From Longimicrobiales bacterium (GTDB lineage: Bacteria; Gemmatimonadota; Gemmatimonadetes; Longimicrobiales; Gaopeijiaceae), in the NCBI GenBank assembly GCA_965202985.1, contig CBDBCF010000001.1, forward strand, positions 2,592,001 to 2,656,000: a DNA stretch of 64,000 bases. The letters are read 5' to 3'. The position numbers were made by a program, and so were the translations under genes. Below are positions 1-15,000 of the stretch, one piece after another. The notes under the pieces were generated by a model. It was not told where the DNA came from and ran no database searches. It saw nothing but the letters and a program-made list of their open reading frames with translations. Numbering within the stretch: the stretch's first letter is position 1; every line of letters begins with the position of its first letter.

Positions 1-1
1 G

Positions 2-3000
2 GACTCCGACGGGCTGAGCATCGGCGCGAGCGCGCTGACGCTGAACGGCGGCAGGGCGAACAGCGGCGCGATCCGGATCGCGGGCGGCACGGCGAACGCG
101 CTGCTGGGACTGGGCGCGCACGCGATCTCGAACAGCGCGAGCCACAAGGTGGACGGCAGCCGAATCGTTTCGCCGTCGGTGGACGAAGTGGCGATCGGCG
201 GGCGGCGAGTCGGGGACACGTACGAGCTGGGCCAGTTCATCATCATCTTCCTGATCTTCGACCGGGAGGTCGTCGTCACGGGGGCGCCGCAGGTGGCGCT
301 GAGGGTGGGGACGCAGACGCGGCAGGCGGAGTACTTCACCGGTTCGACGGACCAGCTGACCTTCACTTATGTGGTGCAGGCGTCGGACGTGGACGCGGAC
401 GGCATCTCGATGGACGCGAACGCGCTGACGCTGAACGGCGGCACGATCGCGTCGGCGGTCGACAGCACGACGGCGGCGAACTTGGCGACGCAGGCGTTCG
501 CTCCGGGCGCGAACTACAAGGTGAACGGCGCCCAGACGACGCAGCCGTCGGTGACGACCGTGGCGTTCGGCGACTTGCCGACGGGGCAGACCTACGAGCT
601 GGGCGACGAAGTCGTCGTCAGCGTAGGCTTCGACAGGGTGATCGAGGTGACGGGCGCGCCGCAGCTGGCGCTGACGATCGGCGCGGAGACGCGCCAGGCG
701 AGCTTCGACGAACTCGCCCGGCTGGGCGACATACTGCGCTTCAGCTACGTGGTGCGGCCGCCGGACGCGGATTCGAACGGGATCAGCATCGGGGCGAACG
801 CGCTGACGTTGAACGGAGGGACGATCCGCCTGGGCGGAAGCGCGACGGTGAACGCGAACCTGGGGTTGGGCGCGCACGCGATCGTCGACGACCCCAACCG
901 CAAGGTCGACAGCAACCGGGGACCGCCGGGGGTGAGCGGCCTCGCGTTGAACTCGCCGGTGGCGGACGACACGTACGGCTTGGGCGACGTGATCGAGGCG
1001 ACGGTGACGTTCAACAAGTCGGTGGACGTGACGGGGACGCCGCAGCTGGCGCTGGGGATCGGTTCGCAGACGCGGCAGGCGTCGTACGCGAGCGGGACGG
1101 GCACGGCGTCGCTGGTGTTCCGCTACACCGTGGCGGCGGCCGACGCGGACAGCGTCGGGCTGAGCATCGGCGCGAGCGCGCTGTCGCTGAACGGCGGGAC
1201 GATCGACGTGGCGGGCGGCACGACGGACGCGTTCCTCGACCTGGGCGGCCATGCGGTGTCGAACAGCGCGAGCCACAAGGTGGACGGAACCTTGGACCGG
1301 CCGACGGTGGCGGACTTGGTCGTGGGGTCGCCGCCGACGGGCGACACCTTCGAGCGCAACGACTCGATTGCGGTGACGGTGACGTTCAACAAGTCGGTGG
1401 ACGTGACGGGGACGCCGCAGCTGGCGCTGGGGATCGGGACGCAGACGCGGCAGGCGGCGTACGCTTCAGGCACGGGCACGGCGTCGCTGGTGTTCCGCTA
1501 CTTGGTGGTGCCGGGGGATGTGGACGCCGACGGGCTGAGCATCGGCGCGAGCGCGCTGTCGCTGAACGGCGGGACGATCGACATCGCGGGCGGCACGACG
1601 GACGCGCTGCTGGGCCTGGGCACCCATGCGGTGTCGAACAGCTCGGGCCACAAGGTGGCGGGCGGGACGTTCACGGCGACAGCGGTCAGCGGCGTGTCGA
1701 TCACGAGCAGCCCGGCCGCCGACAGCACGTACGGCCTGGGCGAGCAGATCGAAGTGGAGGTGACGTTCGTGCGGCCGGTGGTTGTGACGGGGATGCCACA
1801 GGTGGCGCTGGGCATCGGGACCGACACGGTGCATGCGGACTACGCCTCCGGGACGGGCACGACGACGCTAACGTTCCGGCATGCCGTGGCGGTGGGCGAC
1901 GCGGACTCCGACGGGATCGGCGTCGGCGCAAGCGCGCTGACCTTGAACGGCGGGACGATCGCCGACGCCCGGGACGGGGCCACGGCGGCTGGGCTGGGGC
2001 TGAGCGCGCACGCGATCGCGAACGCTGCGGCGCACAAGGTGGACGCGAGCCGGGGCGCGGCGGGGGTGACGGGCGTGTCGATCGGCGCCCCGGTGGTGGG
2101 CGACACGTTCGAGCGCGCCGACACGATTGCTGCGACGGTGACGTTCAACAAGGCGGTGGACGTGGGGGGCGCGCCGCAGTTGGCGCTGACGATCGGCGCG
2201 GTCGCGCGGCAGGCGTCGTACGCATCGGGGACGGGCACGGCGTCGCTGGTGTTCCGGTACGTGGTGGTGCAGGCGGACGCGGACGCGGACGGTTTGAGCA
2301 TCGGGTCGAGCGCTTTGGGGTTGAACGGCGGCACGATCCGGGTTGCGGGCGAGACGACGGACGCTTTGCTGGGCTTGGGCAGTCACGCGGTGAGCAACAG
2401 CGCGGGCCACAAGGTTGCGGGCGGGACGTTGACGGGGCCGTCGCCGAGCGGCGTGGCGATCGCGAGCACGCCGTCGAGCGACGGCACGTACGGTCGGACG
2501 GAGCGGATCGAGGTGGAGGTGACGTTCGCGCGGCCGGTGGTGGTGACGGGGACGCCGCAGCTGGCGCTGGGGATCGGTTCGCAGACGCGGCAGGCGTCGT
2601 ACGCGAGCGGGAGTGGCACGAAGGCGCTGGCGTTCCGGTACACGGTGCAGGGGACGGACCGCGACTCGACTGGGCTGAGCGTCGGCGCGAGCGCTTTGTC
2701 GCTGAACGGCGGTACGATTGCGGACGCGCGCGACGGCGCGACGGCGGCGGCGCTGGGGCTGGGCGCTCACGCGGTGTCGAACGCGGCGGCGCACAAGGTG
2801 GACGGCAGCCTGGGCACGCCGGGGGTGATCGGCGTGTCGTTCGCGGACGATCCGTACAACTCGGAGTACGAGCGGGGCGACGCGATCGATGTCCGTGTGT
2901 TGTTCAGCAGGGCGGTGGACGTGACGGGCGCGCCCGAGCTGGCGTTGGGGATCGGTTCGCAGACGCGGCGGGCTGCGTATGCGTCGGGCACGGGCACGGA

Positions 3001-6000
3001 CACGCTGTTGTTCCGCTACGTGGTGGTGCAGTCGGACCGGGACGTGGACGGGATCAGCATCGGTGCGGGCGCGCTGACGCTGAACGGCGGTACGATCCGT
3101 GCGTCGGGCACGACGCTGGACGCTGTTCTGGGGCTGGGTTCGCACGCGATTGCGAACAGTTCGAATCACCAGGTGAACGGCTCGCTGTTCACGGGTCTGG
3201 CGGTGGAGGACGTTGTTGTTCGGAGCGCGCCGGCGAGCGACAGCACGTACAAGCTGGGCGAGCGGATCGAGTTGGATGTGTTGTTCCAGCGGACAGTGGT
3301 GGTGACGGGCACGCCCGAGCTGGCGCTGGGGATCGGGAGCGCGACGCGGCAGGCGTCCTACGCGAGCGGGAGCGGCACGAAGCAGTTGCGGTTCCGCTAC
3401 GCGGTGCAGGCTGCGGACGTGGACGCGGACGGGATCAGCTTGGGCGCGAGCGCTTTGGCGCTGAACGGCGGCACGATCGTCGACGCGCGCGCGGGCGGGT
3501 CGGCTGCGGGGCTGGGCACGTCGGCGAGCGTGTTCAGCGACGCCGCGGCGCACAAGGTGAACGGCGGCGTGGGCGCGCCGAGCGTAAGCGCGCTGTCGAT
3601 CGGCGCGCCGGTGGTGGGCGACGTGTTCGAGCGGGGCGACACGATAGTTGCGACGGTGGCGTTCAACGCGGCGGTGGACGTGACGGGCACGCCGCAGCTG
3701 GCGCTTGCGATCGGGAGCGCGACGCGGCAGGCGGGCTACGCGTCGGGGACGGGCACGGCGTCGCTGGTGTTCCGGTACGTGGTGGTGCAGACGGACGCGG
3801 ACGCGGACGGGTTGAGCGTCGGGGCGAGCGCGCTGGCGTTGAACGGCGGTACGGTCCGTCGGACGGGCACGGCGACGGACGCGGTTCTGGGGCTGGGCGG
3901 GCACGCGGTGGCGAACAGCGCGGGCCACAAGGTTGCGGGCGGTACGTTCACGGCGTCGTCGGTCGGCGGCGTGGCGATAGCGAGCGTGCCTGGGAGCGAC
4001 AGCACGTACGTCCGCACGGAGCGGATCGAGGTCGAGGTGACGTTCGCGCGGCCGGTGACGGTGACGGGCACGCCGCGGCTGGCGCTTGCGATCGGTTCGC
4101 AGACGCGGCAGGCGGCGTACGCGAGCGGCAGCGGCACGAAGACGCTGACGTTCCGTTACGCGGTGCAGGCTGCGGACTCCGATTCGGACGGCATCGGCGT
4201 CGGCGCGAGCGCTTTGGCGCTGAACGGCGGCGCGATCGCCGACGCGCGCGACGGCGCGACGGCGGCGGCGCTGGGGTTGGGGAGCCATGCGATCGCGAAC
4301 GCTGCGGCGCACAAGGTGAACGGCGCTCGCGGACCGCCGGGCGTGAGCGGGTTGTCGATCGGCTCGCCGGTGGTGGGCGACACATTCGAGCGCGGCGACA
4401 CGATAGCGGCGACGGTGACGTTCGACGTCTCGGTGGACGTGACGGGCACGCCGCGGCTGGCGCTGGCGATCGGGACGCAGACGCGGCAGGCGTCGTACGC
4501 TTCGGGCACGGGCACGGCGTCGCTCGTGTTCCGCTACGTGGTGGCGCAGGCGGACGCGGACGCGGACGGGCTCAGCATCGCGGCGAGCGCTTTGGGGTTG
4601 AACGGCGGGACGATCGACGTGGCGGGCGGCACGACGGACGCGCTGCTGGGGCTGGGCAGTCACGCGGTGAGCAACAGCGCGGGCCACAAGGTTGCGGGCG
4701 GGACGTTCACGGCGGCGTCGGTGAGCGGCGTGACGATAGCGAGCGAGCCGGCGAGCGACAGCACGTACGCGGAGACGGAGGAGATCGCGGTCGAGGTCTC
4801 GTTCAGCCGTCGTGTGACGGTGACGGGCACGCCGCAGCTGGCGTTGGCGATCGACACGCTGACGCGGCAGGCGGAGTACGCCGGCGGCACGGGCACGGCG
4901 ACGCTGACGTTCGCGTACCAGGTGGCGGCTGCGGACGTCGACTCGACGGGGCTCAGCATCGCAGCGAGCGCGCTGGGGTTGAACGGCGGCACGATTGCGG
5001 ACGCTCGCGACGGCACGACGGCGGCCAGCCTGGGCTTGGGGTCGAACGCGGTGTCGGACGCGGCGGCGCACAAGGTGGACGGCAGCCTGCCGCCGCCGGT
5101 GACGCGCGCGACGGGCGCGCCGGAGGCGACGGGCCTGGCGATCGGAGCGCCGGCGGTGGGCGACGTGTTCGAGCGTGGCGAGACGATCGAGGTCGAGCTG
5201 GCGTTCCACCGAGCGGTCGAAGTGACGGGCACGCCGCGGCTGGCGCTGACGATCGGCGCTGCGACCAGGCAGGCGAGCTACGCGGCGGGGACGGGGACGG
5301 ACACGCTCGTGTTCCGCTACGTGGTGGCGGCGGGCGACGCGGACGCGGACGGCATCGGCATCGCGGCGAGCGCATTGGCGCTGAACGGCGGGACGATCAG
5401 GGCGGCGGGCGAGGCGCTGGACGCTTTGCTGGACCTGGGCGCGTTCGCGGTCGCGAACAGCGCGGGCCACAAGGTGGCGGGCGGCACGTTCACGACGCCG
5501 GCGGTGAGCGGTGTGACGATATCGAGCGCGCCGGCGAGCGACAGCACGTACCAGCTGGGCGAGCGGATCGAGGTGAAGGTGGCGTTCGGGCGGCCGGTCG
5601 CGGTGACGGGCGCGCCCGAGCTGGCGCTCGCGATCGGCGCGCAGACGCGGCAGGCGAGCTGGGCGTCGGCGTCGAGCACGGCGGACACGCTGGTGTTCGG
5701 CTACGCGGTCCGTCCGGCGGACGCGGACGCGGACGGCATCGGCATCGCGGCGAGCGCGCTGGCGCTGAACGGCGGTACGATTGCCGACGTGCGTGCGGGC
5801 GCGACGGCGGCGAGCCTGGGACTGGGGTCGAACGCGATCGTCAACGCGGCGGCGCACAAGGTGGACGGCAGCCTGGGGCCGCCGGGCGCGACGCACTTGT
5901 CGGTCACGGCGCCGCTGTCGGCGCAGACCTTCGAGCGGGGCGACACGATCTTCGCGAGCGTGCGGTTCAACAAGGCGGTGGACGTGACGGGCACGCCCGA

Positions 6001-9000
6001 GCTGGCGCTTGCGATCGGGAGCGCGACGCGGCAGGCGTCGTACGCGAGCGGCACGGGCGCGACGGAGCTGGAGTTCCGCTACGTGGTGGTGCAGTCGGAC
6101 GCGGACGCGGACGGGCTCAGCATCGCAGCGAACGCGCTGACGCTGAACGGCGGCACGATCGACGTGGCGGGCGGCACGACGGACGCGTTGCTGAGCCTCG
6201 AGCACGTAGCGATCAGCAACGCTGCCGGCTTCCGCGTCGCGGGCGGCACGTTCACGGCGCCGGCGGTGACGTGGGCGGGGATCTCGAGCAGCCCGTCGGA
6301 CGGGAGCACGTACGAGCTGGGCGAGCAGATCGGCGTGACGGTGACGTTCAACCGCAACGTGACGGTGACGGGCGCGCCCGAGCTGGCGCTCGCGATCGGC
6401 GCGCAGACGCGGCAGGCGGCGTACGTCGCGGCGGCGTCGGGCAACCGCGAGCTCGAGTTCCGCTACGCGGTGGCGGCGGGCGACGCCGACGCCGACGGCA
6501 TCAGCGTCGGCGCGAGCGCGCTGACGCTGAACGGCGGCACGATCGTGGACCCCCGCGACGGCACGACGGCGGCGAACCTCGGGCTGGGCGCGAGCGCGAT
6601 CGCGAACAGCGCGGGCCATGCGGTGGACGGCAGTCGCGGACCGCCGGGCGCGAGCGGGGTGTCGATTGCGGCGCCGCCGACGGGCGACACCTTCGAGCGC
6701 GGCGACACGATTGCGGCGACGGTCGTGTTCAACAAGGCGGTGGACGCGACGGGCACGCCCGAGCTGGCGCTGACGATCGGCGCGCAGACGCGGCAGGCGT
6801 CGTACGCGAGCGGCACGGGCACGACGTCGCTGGTGTTCCGCTACGTCGTGGCGACTGCGGACGCGGACGCCGACGGCATCAGCATCGCGGCGGGCGCGCT
6901 GGCGCTGAACGGCGGCACGATCGACGTGGCGGGCGGCACGACCGACGCGGTGCTGGGGCTGGGCCGCCACGCGATCGCGAACAGCGCGGGCCACAAGGTG
7001 TCGGGCTCGACGTTCACGGCGTCGGCCGTGAGCGGCGTGACGATATCGAGCAGTCCGTCGAGCGGCGACACCTACGGCCTGGGCGAGCGGATCGAGGTCG
7101 AGGTGGCGTTCGTTCGCGCGGTCGGCGCGACGGGCACGCCGCGGCTGGCGCTCGGCGTCGGGGCCGACACGGTGCACGCGGACTACGCCTCCGGCACGGG
7201 CACGAAGACGCTGACGTTCCGCTACGCCGTCGCAGCGTCCGACGCCGACAGCGACGGCATCAGCATCGGCGCGAGCGCGCTGGCGCTGAACGGCGGCACG
7301 ATCGTCGACGCGCGCGACGGCGCGACCGCGGCGAGCCTGGGCCTGGGCTCCAACGCGATCGCGAACGCTGCGGCGCACAAGGTGGACGGCGCGCAGGGAC
7401 CGGCGGGGGTGATCGCGCTGACGATCGCTTCGCCCGTGGTGGGCGACACGTTCGAGCGCGGCGACACGGTGGTCGCGACGGTGACGTTCAACAAGGCGGT
7501 GGACGCGACGGGCGCGCCGCAGCTCGCGCTGACGATCGGGACGCAGACGCGGCAGGCGGCGTATGCGCGCGGCACGGGCACGGCGTCGCTGGTGTTCCAG
7601 TACGTCGTGGCGACTGCGGACGCGGACGCCGACGGCATCAGCATCGCGGCGGGCGCGCTGTCGCTGAACGGCGGCACGATCGACGTGGCGGGCGGCACGA
7701 CCGACGCGCTGCTGGGGCTGGGCGCGCACGCCGTGACGAACAGCGCGGGCCACAAGGTCGCGGGCGGCACGTTCACGGCGGCGGCGGCGAGCGGGGTCGC
7801 GATTGCGAGCGCGCCGGCCAGCGACAGCACCTACGGGCGGACGGAGCGGATCGAGGTCGAAGTGACGTTCGACCGCAACGTCACGGTGACGGGCGCGCCG
7901 CAGCTGGCGCTGACGGTCGGGACGCAGACGCGGCAGGCGGCGTACGCGAGCGGCACGGGCACGAAGACGCTGGCGTTCCGCTACACGGTGCAGGCTGCGG
8001 ACAGCGACTCGACGGGCATCGGCATCGCGGCGAGCGCGCTGGCGCTGAACGGCGGCGCGATCGCCGACGCGCGCGACGGCGCCACCGCGGCGACGCTGGG
8101 GCTGGGTTCGAACGCGATATCGAACGCTGCGGCGCACAAGGTGGACGGCAGCCGCGGACCGCCGGGCGTGACGGCGCTGTCGATCGGCTCTCCGACGGTG
8201 GGCGACACCTTCGAGCGCGGCGAGACGATCGAGGTCGCGCTGGCGTTCAACCGCGCGGTGGACGTGACGGGCGCGCCGCGGCTGGCGCTGGGAATCGGGA
8301 GCGCGACCAGGCAGGCGAGCTACGCCGCGGGGACGGGCACGGACACGCTGACGTTCCGCTACGTGGTGGCGGCGGGCGACGCCGACGCCGACGGCATCAG
8401 CATCGGCGCCGGCGCATTGGCGCTGAGCGGCGGCACGATCAAGGTCGCGGGCGGCACGCTGGACGCGACTTTGGGGTTGGGCGCGGGCGTGGCGGTGAGC
8501 AACAGCGGCAGCCACAAGGTCGCGGGCGGCACGTTCACGACGCCGGCCGTGAGCGCGGTGACGATATCGAGCACGCCGGCGAGTGGTCAGACGTACCAGC
8601 TGGGCGAGCAGATCGAGGTGAAGGTCGCGTTCGGCCGTCCTGTGGCGGTGACGGGTTCGCCGCGCTTGGCGCTGACGATCGGCACGACGACTAGGCAGGC
8701 GGGCTACGTGGCCGCTTCGAGCAAGGCGGACACGCTGGCGTTCGGCTACGCGGTCCGTCCTGCGGACGCGGACGCGGACGGGCTCAGCATCGCAGCGAGC
8801 GCGCTCGCGCTGAACGGCGGCTCGATCGCCGACGCGCGGCCGGGCGCGGTTGCGGCTGCGCTGGGCCTGGGTTCGAGCGCGGTGTCGAACGACGCGTCGC
8901 ACAAGGTGAACGGCAGCCTGGGACCGCCGGGCGTCGTGGGGTTGACCGTGGCTGCGCCCGTGGTGGGCACGACGTTCGAGCGCGGCGACACGATCGTGGC

Positions 9001-12000
9001 GACGGTGACGTTCAACAAGGCGGTGGACGCGACGGGCACGCCGCAGCTGGCGCTCGCCATCGGGAACGCGACGCGGCAGGCGAACTACGCGAGCGGCACG
9101 GGCACGACGGCGCTGGTGTTCCGGTACGTGGTGGCGGCTGCGGACGCCGACGCCGACGGGTTGAGCATCGGCGCGAGCGCGCTGGCGCTGAACGGCGGGA
9201 CGATCGACGTTGCGGGCGGCACGACGGACGCGCTGCTGAGCCTGGAACACCACGCGCTCGGCAACGACGGCGCGCGCCGTGTCGCGGGCGGGACGTTCAC
9301 GGCGGCGTCGGCGAGCGGCGTGGCGATATCGAGCAGCCCGGCGAGCGACAGCACGTACGGCCGGACGGAGCGGATCGAGGTCGAGGTGACGTTCGACCGC
9401 AACGTGGCGGTGACGGGCGCGCCGCAGCTGGCGCTGGGGATCGGCACGCAGACGCGGCAGGCTGCGTACGCGAGCGGGACGGGCACGACGACGCTGACGT
9501 TCGGCTACACGGTCGCGGCTGCGGACGCGGACGCGAACGGGATCGGCATCGGCGCGAGCGCGTTGGCGCTGAACGGCGGGACGATTGCGGACGCTCGCGA
9601 CGCGAGCGAGGCGGCGGGCCTGGGCCTGGGGAGCTACGCGATCGCGAACGCTGCGGCGCACAAGGTGGACGGCAACCAGGGGCCGCCGGGTGCGACGGGC
9701 TTGACGGTCGCGTCGCCGCCGACGGGCGACACGTTCGAGCGTGGCGACGTGATTGCGGCGGCGCTGACGTTCAACCGTGCGGTGGCGGTGACGGGCACGC
9801 CGCAGCTGGCGCTGGGGATCGGTACGCAGACGCGGCAGGCGAGCTACGCGAGCGGCAGCGGCACGATGTCGCTGGTGTTCGAGTACACGGTGGTGCAGGC
9901 GGACGCGGACGCGGACGGGTTGAGCATCGGGACGAGCGCGCTGGCGTTGAACGGCGGCACGATCCGGCTGTCGGGCGGCACGCTGGACGCGACTTTGGGG
10001 CTGAGCACGCACGCGATATCGAACAGCACGGGGCACAAGGTGGCGGGCGGCACGTTCACGGCGTCGTCGGTGAGCGGCGTGACGATCACGAGCACTCCGT
10101 CGAGCGGGGACACGTACGGGCTGGGCGAGGAGATCGAGGTCGAGGCGACGTTCGTGCGGCCGGTGAACGTGACGGGCGCGCCGCAGCTGGCGCTGACGGT
10201 GGGTGCTGCGACGCGGCAGGCGGCGTACGCGAGCGGGACAGGCACGAAGACGCTGACGTTCGGGTACGAGGTGGTGGCGGGGGACGCGGACGCGAACGGG
10301 ATCGGCGTCGGCGCGAGCGCGTTGGCGCTGAACGGCGGCACGATCGCCGACGCGCGCGACGGTTCGACGGCGGCCAGCCTGGGCTTGGGATCGAGCGCGG
10401 TCGCGAACGCTGCTGCGCACAAGGTCGACGGCAGCCTGGGACCGCCGGGCGTGACGGGGTTGGCGATCGGCTCGCCGCAGGTGGGCGACACGTTCGAGCG
10501 CGGCGAGACGATCGAGGTCGAGGTCGCGTTCAACAAGGCGGTGGCGGTGACGGGCACGCCGCAGCTGGCGCTGACGATCGGCACGACGACGAAGCAGGCG
10601 AGCTACGCTGCGGGCACGGACACGGACACGCTGGTGTTCCGGTACGTGGTGGCGGCTGCGGACGCGGACGCGGACGGGATCAGCATCGGCGCGAGCGCGT
10701 TGGCGCTGAACGGCGGCACGATCGACGTGTCGGGCGGGACGACCGACGCGGTGCTGCGGCTGGGCGCGAGCGCGGTCGCGAACAGCACGGGCCACAAGGT
10801 CGCGGGCGGCACGTTCACGGCGGCGGCGGCGAACGGCGCGGCGATAACGAGCGCGCCGTCGAGCGACAGCACGTACGGCCGGACCGAGCGGATCGAGGTC
10901 GAGGTGTCGTTCACGCGGCCGGTGACGGTGACGGGCCCGCCGCAGCTGGCGCTGACGATCGGCACGCGGACGCGGCAGGCGGCGTACGCGAGCGGGAGCG
11001 GCACGACGACGCTGGCGTTCGGCTACACGGTGCAGGCTGCGGACGCGGACAGCGACGGGTTGAGCGTCGGCGCGAGCGCGCTGGCGCTGAACGGCGGGAC
11101 GATCGCCGACGCGCGCGACGGCGCGACCGCGGCGACGCTGGGGCTGGGGACGAACGCGATCGCCAACGCTGCGGCGCACAAGGTGGACGGCAGCCGCGGA
11201 CCGCCGGGCGTGACGGCGCTGTCGATCAGTGCGCCGACGGTCGGCGACACCTTCGAGCGCGGCGAGACGATCGAGGTCGCGCTGGTGTTCAACCGGTCGG
11301 TGGACGTGACGGGCACGCCGCGGCTGGCGCTCACGATCGGTTCGGCGACGCGGCAGGCGAGCTGGGCCGCGGGGACGGGAACCGACACGCTGACGTTCCG
11401 CTACGTCGTGGCGGCGGGCGACGCCGACGGCGACGGCGTCAGCATCGGCGTCGGCGCATTGACGCTGAACGGCGGCACGATCCGGGTCGCGGGCGGCACG
11501 CTGGACGCGACGCTGGGGCTGGGTTCGAGCGCGGTGACGAACAGCGGGGGCCACAAGGTTGCGGGCGGCACGTTCACGACGCCGGCGCCGAGCGGCGTGA
11601 CGGTGTCGAGCACGCCGGCGAGCGCGAGCACGTACCAGCTGGGCGAGTCGATCGAGGTGAAGGTGGCGTTTGGGCGACCGGTGACGGTGACGGGCTCGCC
11701 GCGTCTGGCGCTGACGATCGGCACGCAGACGCGGCAGGCGAGCTACGACGCGTCGTCGAGCAAGGCGGACACGCTGGTGTTCGGCTACGCGGTCCGTCCC
11801 GCGGACGCGGACGCGGACGGGCTCAGCATCGCAGCGAGCGCGCTGACGCTGAACGGCGGCGCGATCGCCGACGTGCGGCCGGGCGCTGCGGCTGCTGCGC
11901 TGGACCTGGGGTCGAACGCGGTGACGAACGCGGCGTCCCACAAGGTGAACGGCAGCTTGGGGCCGCCGGGCGTCGTGGGGTTGACCGTGGCTGCACCGCC

Positions 12001-15000
12001 GGTGGGCGCCACGTTCGAGCGCGGCGACACGGTGGCGGCGACGGTGACGTTCAACAAGGCGGTGGACGTGACGGGCACGCCGCAGCTGGCGCTGGGGATC
12101 GGTTCGACGACGAGGCAGGCGGCGTACGCTTCGGGCACGGGCACGACGGCGCTGGTGTTCCGGTACGTGGTGGTGCAGGCGGACGCGGACGCCGACGGGT
12201 TGAGCGTCGGCGCGAACGCGCTGGCGCTGAACGGCGGCACGATCGACGTGGCGGGCGGCACGACGGACGCCTTGCTGAGCCTGGCGCACCACGCGATCGG
12301 CAACGACGGCGCGCGCCGAGTCGCGGGCGGGACGTTCACGGCGTCGTCGGTTGCGGGCGTGACGATCTCGAGCAGTCCGGCGAGCGACAGCACGTACGGT
12401 CGGACGGAGGCGATCGAGGTGGAGGTGACGTTCGACCGCAACGTGGCGGTGACGGGGACGCCGCAGGTCGCGCTGACGATCGGTTCGCAGACGCGCCAGG
12501 CTGCGTACGCGAGCGGGACGGGTACGAAGACGCTGACGTTCCAGTACACGGTGGCGGCTGCGGACGCGGACGCGAACGGCATCAGCATCGGCGCGAGCGC
12601 ATTGGCGCTGAACGGCGGCACGATCTCCGACGCTCGCGACGCGAGCGAGGCGGCGGGGCTGGGCTTGGGCTCGAACGCGATATCGAACGCTGCGGCGCAC
12701 AAGGTGGACGGCAACCAGGGACCGCCGGGCGTGACGGGCTTGGTCGTGGCGTCCCCGCCCGTGGGCGACACGTTCGAGCGGGGCGACGTGATTGCGGCAA
12801 CGGCGACGTTCAACCGCGCGGTGGACGTGACGGGGACGCCGCAGCTGGCTTTGGGGATCGGTACGCAGACGCGGCAGGCGAGCTACGCGAGCGGCAGCGG
12901 CACGACGGCGCTGGTGTTCCGGTACACGGTGGTGCAGGCGGACGCGGACGCGGACGGCATCAGCATCGGGACGAGCGCTTTGGCGTTGAACAGCGGCACG
13001 ATCCGGCTGTCGGGCGGCACGCTGGACGCGACTTTGGGGCTGGGCACGCACGCGATATCGAACAGCACGGGCCACAAGGTGGCGGGCGGCACGTTCACGG
13101 CGGCGTCGGTGAGCGGCGTGACGATCACGAGCACTCCGTCGAGCGGGGACACGTACGGGCTGGGCGAGGAGATCGAGGTCGAGGCGACGTTCGTGCGGCC
13201 GGTGAACGTGACGGGCGCGCCGCAGCTGGCGCTGACGGTGGGGGCTGCGACGCGGCAGGCTGACTACGCGAGCGGTACGGGCACGAAGACGCTGACGTTC
13301 GGGTACGAGGTGGTGGCGGGGGACGCGGACGCGAACGGCATCGGCATTGGCGCGAGCGCGTTGGCGTTGAACAGCGGCACGATCGCCGACGCTCGTGACG
13401 GTTCGACGGCTGCGAGCCTGGGCTTGGGATCGAACACGGTGTCGAACGCGGCTGCGCACAAGGTGGACGGCAGTCTGGGACCGCCGGGCGTGACGGGGTT
13501 GTCGATCGGTGCGCCTCAGGTGGGCGACACGTTCGAGCGCGGCGAGACGATCGAGGTCGAGGTGGTGTTCAACAAGTCGGTGGCGGTGACGGGGACGCCG
13601 CAGCTGCAGCTGCGGTTCTCGAGCGGCTCGAAGCAGGCGGACTACGCGAGCGGGACGGGGACGGACACGCTGGTGTTCCGGTACGTGGTGGCGGCTGCGG
13701 ACGCGGATGCGGACGGGTTGGGCATCGGCGCGTCCGATTTGCGGCTGAACGGTGGTACGATCCGTCGGTCGGGCGCGGCGACGGACGCGGTGCTGGGGCT
13801 GGGCAGCCACGCGGTGATCCGCAGCACGGGCCACAAGGTGGCGGGCGGCACGTTCACGGCTGCTGCGGCGAGCGGCGTGGCGATCACGAGCGCGCCGTCG
13901 AGCGACAGCACGTACGGACGTACGGAGGTGATCGAGGTCGAGGTTGGGTTCACGCGTCCGGTGACGGTGACGGGCGTGCCGCAGTTGGCGCTGACGATCG
14001 GGTCGCAGACGCGGCAGGCGTCGTACGCGAGCGGGAGCGGCACGACGGCGCTGACGTTCCAGTACACGGTGCAGGCGTCGGACGCGGACTCGACGGGGAT
14101 CGGCATCGCGGCGAGCGCGTTGGCGCTGAACGGCGGAACGATCGCCGACGCTCGGGGCGGCACGACGGCGGCGGGCCTGGGTCTGGGGTCGAACGCGATA
14201 TCGAACGCGGCTGCGCACAAGGTGGACGGCAGCCGCGGACCGCCGGGCGTGACGTCGCTGACGATCGGCTCTCCGACGGTTGGCGACGTGTTCGAGCGTG
14301 GCGAGACGATCGAGGTCGAGCTGGTGTTCAACCGCGCGGTGGACGTGACGGGCGCGCCGCGGCTGGCGCTGACGATCGGGAGCGCGACCAGGCAGGCGAT
14401 CTACGCGAGCGGGAGCGGCACGGACACGCTGGTGTTCCGTTACGTGGTGGCGGCGGGCGACGCGGACTCCGACGGCATCGGCATCGCGGCGAGCGCGTTG
14501 GCGCTGAGCGGCGGCACGATCAAGGTCGCGGGCGGGACGCTGGACGCGACGCTGGGGCTGGGTACGAGCGCGGTGACGAACAGCGCGGGCCACAAGGTTG
14601 CGGGCGGCACGTTCACGACGCCGGCTGTGAGCGCGGTGACGATATCGAGCGCTCCGGCGAGCGCGAGCACGTACCAGCTGGGCGAGTCGATCGAGGTGAA
14701 GGTGGCGTTCAACCGTCCGGTGGCGGTGACGGGCGCGCCGCGCTTGGCGCTGACGATCGGGACCACGACGCGACAGGCCGGCTACGATGCCGCTTCGAGC
14801 AAGGCGGACACGCTGGTGTTCGGGTACGCGATCCGTCCTGCGGACGCGGACGCGGACGGCATCGGCATCGGCGCGAGCGCGCTCGCGCTGAACAGCGGGA
14901 CGATCGCCGACGTGCGTCCGGGCGCTGCTGCTGCTGCGCTGGACTTGAGCGCGAACGCGGTGACGAACGCGGCGTCGCACAAGGTGAACGGCAGCCTGGG

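Noticed and set aside
1868..14980. 4370-aa antisense ORF (also the 2015-aa ORF at 15143-21190 and many short antisense ORFs)
   Set aside because: Shadow of the repetitive high-GC sense gene; Arg/Ala/His-rich translation with no domain motifs.
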